Below, piece by piece: positions 61,139-64,000 of a stretch of DNA of 64,000 bases (its first letter is position 1; each line of letters starts with the position of its first letter). The translations under genes and the position numbers were made by a program. The DNA lies in the IMG/VR virus record IMGVR_UViG_3300043788_000169, positions 68,502-132,501 of that record. The stretch is one strand, 5' to 3'. Below the pieces are notes generated by a model. That model was not told the DNA's origin, made no database searches, and worked only from the letters and a program-made list of their open reading frames with translations. The DNA is from a virus.

Positions 61139-63692
61139 GCGTCACACGAGTAATACAGGCGTGAGCCAATCTACGACTGCGTTCGCGCCGGACTACGGTC
61201 TTGTTTCCAGCGACGATGAGTTCGAGCAGCTCTGCCGGAAGCTGGTAGAGGACGGCCTGCCCTTCGGCTTCGACATCGAGACCAGCTACGACGGCGAGCC
61301 CCGCGAGGAAGCCCAGCTGCACCCGGAGACGAACTTCGTCTGCGGGCTGAGCTTCACCAACGCCCTGACCTGGGCCCGGTACGCACCGCTGCGCCACGAC
61401 TTCGGGTTCAACCTGGACAACAAGCGCGCTGCTGTCGCTTTCTGGTCGGCACTGCAGACCAGGCTGGGGATTCCGCATAACGCCAAGTTCGAGCGGCGCT
61501 GCCTGTCCCGCTGGTTCATGGAGTGGCTGGCCGACCATCCGCTGCTCGGCGCCGCGGTGCGTGCAGTCTGCGGGTACTTCGACGTCTTGTCCGACACGAT
61601 GCTGGAATCCTACGTCGAGGCAGCCAACCAGAGGCACGGTCTCAAGGACATCACCCTGGTCAATTTCGGCCACAAGATGGCTGAGATATTCGACCTGTTC
61701 CCGCAGCGCCTGACCAAGGGCGGCAAGGCGCGCAAGCTCACGCAGAAGGAACAGAAGAGCATCCGGTTCAGCGAGCTGGACCAGACCGACCCCAAGGTCA
61801 TCGCGTACGCCAGCGAGGACTCGCTGTGGGCGCTGGCTCACCACTACCGCCGCTACCCGGTGGTCAAAGACAACTGGATCTACCAGCTGGAGATGGCGAT
61901 CCTGCCGATCGCCTGCAAGATGGAGGACCGGGGAATCCAGTACGACTGGAACTTCCTGCGCGAGGGAGCAGTGCGTGCCCGGGCGTTCCAGGACAAGCTG
62001 GCGCGGGTGATCAATGCCGAGCTGACCAAGCTCGTGCGCGGGATGGACCCGGAAGCCGACGAGGTCAGCATCAACCTCGCCTCCCCGGCACAGATCTCCG
62101 CGGTGCTCTACGACCAGCTCGGGTTCACGACCCGGCGCAAGACCAACAGCGGGAAGAACTCGACCGACGAGGTAGCGCTGACCGGGCTGGCCAAGTCCTA
62201 CCCGGTGGTCCAGCGGATCCTGGACTGGAAGTCGCTGAACAAGCTCGCCGGGACCTACCTGGAGGTCTACGAGGAGCGGTTCAGCTACGCACCCGATGGC
62301 AGGGCCCACCCCAGCTGGCTCCAGCATGGCGTGCCGGCCGGCCGGTTCGCGGCCGCCGGGCCGCCGGTCCAGCAGAGCCCCAAGCACTACCACTACAAGA
62401 TCACCCGCGAGGAGTGGCAGGAAGCCACCGGCACCGCGGCGGAGCAGGACATTACCTTTGACTTCAACTTCCGCGACGCAATCGTCGCCCCGCAGGGCTA
62501 CTACCTGATCGGGTTCGACTACAAGAACATGGAGCTGCGGGTGCTGGCCGGCGAGGCCCAGGAGCCCGCGCTGCTGGAGGCGTTCGGCCGGGGCGAGGAC
62601 GTCCACATGCTGACCGCCACGCTCATGCTCGGGCGCCCGGCGGCCCAGATCGCCAAGGACGACCGGGACAAATTCGGCAAGATCATGAACTTCGCCCTGT
62701 CCTATCAGATGGGTGTCGACGGCCTGTCCCAGCGTCTCGGCGTCAGCAAGGATGAGGCTCAGGCTTTGTTCGATCAGTATTTTTCTTCCTACACCCGGAT
62801 CAAGGCGTACATGGACCAGACCGTGGCCAGCGCCAAGGCGCTCGGCTACATCACCACCCGGTTCGGCCGGAAGGTGAAGATCTGGGAGTTCCTGAGCAAC
62901 GAGAGGTGGATCTACGCCGCCGGGGAGCGCCTGGCTGGGAACGCGCCAATTCAGGGCGCCGGGACCGGGGACTACCCGAAGATCGCCATGGTGCGTGCCG
63001 AGGCAGCTTTGCAGCAGGCTGGGCTGGCGGACTCGGCCGAGCTGGTCATGAACATGCACGACGCCCTGTACTGGTACGTGAAGGACGACGTGGCTCCGGC
63101 TGACGTCATCCGCGTCCTGCAGCCCGCGGTTGTCTTCCCGGTCGAGGGCTGGCCGCCTATCGAGGTCGAGTGGTGCGCTGGGTACCGGTGGGGATCAATG
63201 AAGGATCTGGAGGTGCTGCCAGATGGCTCTGTACGGATCGCCGGAGCAGAGGAGCCAGCAGTCGGAGTACGTGAACCGGCTGGAGTACCTGAGCAAGATG
63301 AACCAGCCTCTGAGCCAGTCGGAGCGCGAGTGGAGGCTTCAGAGCCGGCGGTGGCCCGCGTTGCTCCTGCTGTGCTCTCTGGGCCTGACCGCGACCCTGA
63401 CACTGGCCTACCTGCTCTGGGCACTACGCCACGTACTGTGATCGTCACGCTCGACCGTCAGCCCGAGGTCTTGGCCTGGACGGGCTTCTGCGGCTGGCTG
63501 AAGAGCGATGAGATGACTGGGAACAACCGGGTGATCGTGCGCGTGCCTGACGGGGAGACCGAGCTGGATATCCGGTGCCGGCTCGGCCCTGCATGGCAGC
63601 CCAATGTGTCCCTGCTCTTCGGCGGGGCGGTGGTCAACTACGCTCCTGATAGCGTCGATACAGGAGCCCTGGCCGCCGGACTGCGCCTTTAG
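61113..63692 (+). CDS. polA: Family A DNA polymerase with 3'-5' exonuclease and C-terminal extension (start may be GTG 61161)
   Basis: Exo FDIET, HNAKFE, YASEDS; motif A DYKNMELR; motif B KIMNFALSYQM; motif C MHDAL. Confidence 0.92.
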   Translation: MTTAGGRSERHTSNTGVSQSTTAFAPDYGLVSSDDEFEQLCRKLVEDGLPFGFDIETSYDGEPREEAQLHPETNFVCGLSFTNALTWARYAPLRHDFGFNLDNKRAAVAFWSALQTRLGIPHNAKFERRCLSRWFMEWLADHPLLGAAVRAVCGYFDVLSDTMLESYVEAANQRHGLKDITLVNFGHKMAEIFDLFPQRLTKGGKARKLTQKEQKSIRFSELDQTDPKVIAYASEDSLWALAHHYRRYPVVKDNWIYQLEMAILPIACKMEDRGIQYDWNFLREGAVRARAFQDKLARVINAELTKLVRGMDPEADEVSINLASPAQISAVLYDQLGFTTRRKTNSGKNSTDEVALTGLAKSYPVVQRILDWKSLNKLAGTYLEVYEERFSYAPDGRAHPSWLQHGVPAGRFAAAGPPVQQSPKHYHYKITREEWQEATGTAAEQDITFDFNFRDAIVAPQGYYLIGFDYKNMELRVLAGEAQEPALLEAFGRGEDVHMLTATLMLGRPAAQIAKDDRDKFGKIMNFALSYQMGVDGLSQRLGVSKDEAQALFDQYFSSYTRIKAYMDQTVASAKALGYITTRFGRKVKIWEFLSNERWIYAAGERLAGNAPIQGAGTGDYPKIAMVRAEAALQQAGLADSAELVMNMHDALYWYVKDDVAPADVIRVLQPAVVFPVEGWPPIEVEWCAGYRWGSMKDLEVLPDGSVRIAGAEEPAVGVREPAGVPEQDEPASEPVGARVEASEPAVARVAPAVLSGPDRDPDTGLPALGTTPRTVIVTLDRQPEVLAWTGFCGWLKSDEMTGNNRVIVRVPDGETELDIRCRLGPAWQPNVSLLFGGAVVNYAPDSVDTGALAAGLRL

Positions 63693-63706
63693 GGAGTAAC
63701 AGGACC

Positions 63707-64000
63707 ATGGAGATCTCATACAGCTGGGCGAGCGAGTACGCCCGCCGCAAGTTCGGCGTCACATTGAACGATGGAGACGACCTCCGGCGCCTGATCCACG
63801 AGATCAGCCCGGCCCTGGACCCGGATCAGGTGAGTCCGGTTCTGACCACCGATCAGCTGTTCGACCTGCTGAGCCTGGAGGCGGAATACCGCGCGATCAC
63901 TGCCTACGGGATCTACGTCGGCGGTCTGTACGAGGCCGGAGGCGAGGCCGCGCTGCCCGCCGATGCCCAGGACACCGCCGCCCGGCTGCGCAAGCTGGCG
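63707..64000 (+). CDS. Hypothetical protein, 3' truncated
   Basis: ATG 63707 after AGGA; frame open to the window end. Confidence 0.6.
   Translation, partial: MEISYSWASEYARRKFGVTLNDGDDLRRLIHEISPALDPDQVSPVLTTDQLFDLLSLEAEYRAITAYGIYVGGLYEAGGEAALPADAQDTAARLRKLA

Noticed and set aside
1-64000. tRNA, rRNA, integrase, transposase, capsid or terminase genes
   Set aside because: None recognisable by eye; tRNAscan/Infernal would be needed to exclude small RNAs

Overview
A 64-kb internal segment of a large, high-GC tailed phage (siphovirus-type tail) that probably infects a filamentous actinomycete (WhiB, WhiG/FliA-like sigma, TraB/Spd genes). Layout: 1-14.4 kb tail module (tape measure C-terminus with lytic transglycosylase, distal tail, a 1885-aa tail protein carrying a spherulin-4/GH135-like domain, two paralogous fibres). 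14.5-34.6 kb is an array of small early genes built as repeated cassettes: hairpin + 16-bp palindrome GTWGACACGTGTCWAC (15 copies in the window, supplying a -35 box on both strands) + conserved leader AGCCCA(N)1-3AACGGAGG + gene. 33.2-35.3 kb is a largely non-coding, repeat-rich junction that may be a genome end or DNA-entry point. 37.3-41.9 kb is a Streptomyces-plasmid-type conjugation module (TraB/FtsK, TraA-like, DUF2637/Spd-like). 42.8-46.4 kb is a membrane cassette (holin-like, VIT1/CCC1-like, K+ channel, DUF1003-like). 46.4-64 kb holds replication/transcription genes (SNF2-like helicase, two sigma-like factors, split C5 methyltransferase, DnaB, primase Zn-finger, clamp-loader delta' and delta, family A polymerase). 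Best candidates for new biology: conjugation genes inside a phage, the bidirectional promoter-cassette system, a PolA/clamp-loader hybrid replisome, and the ion-transport cassette. All family calls come from motif recognition by eye; no database search was run and counts are manual tallies.
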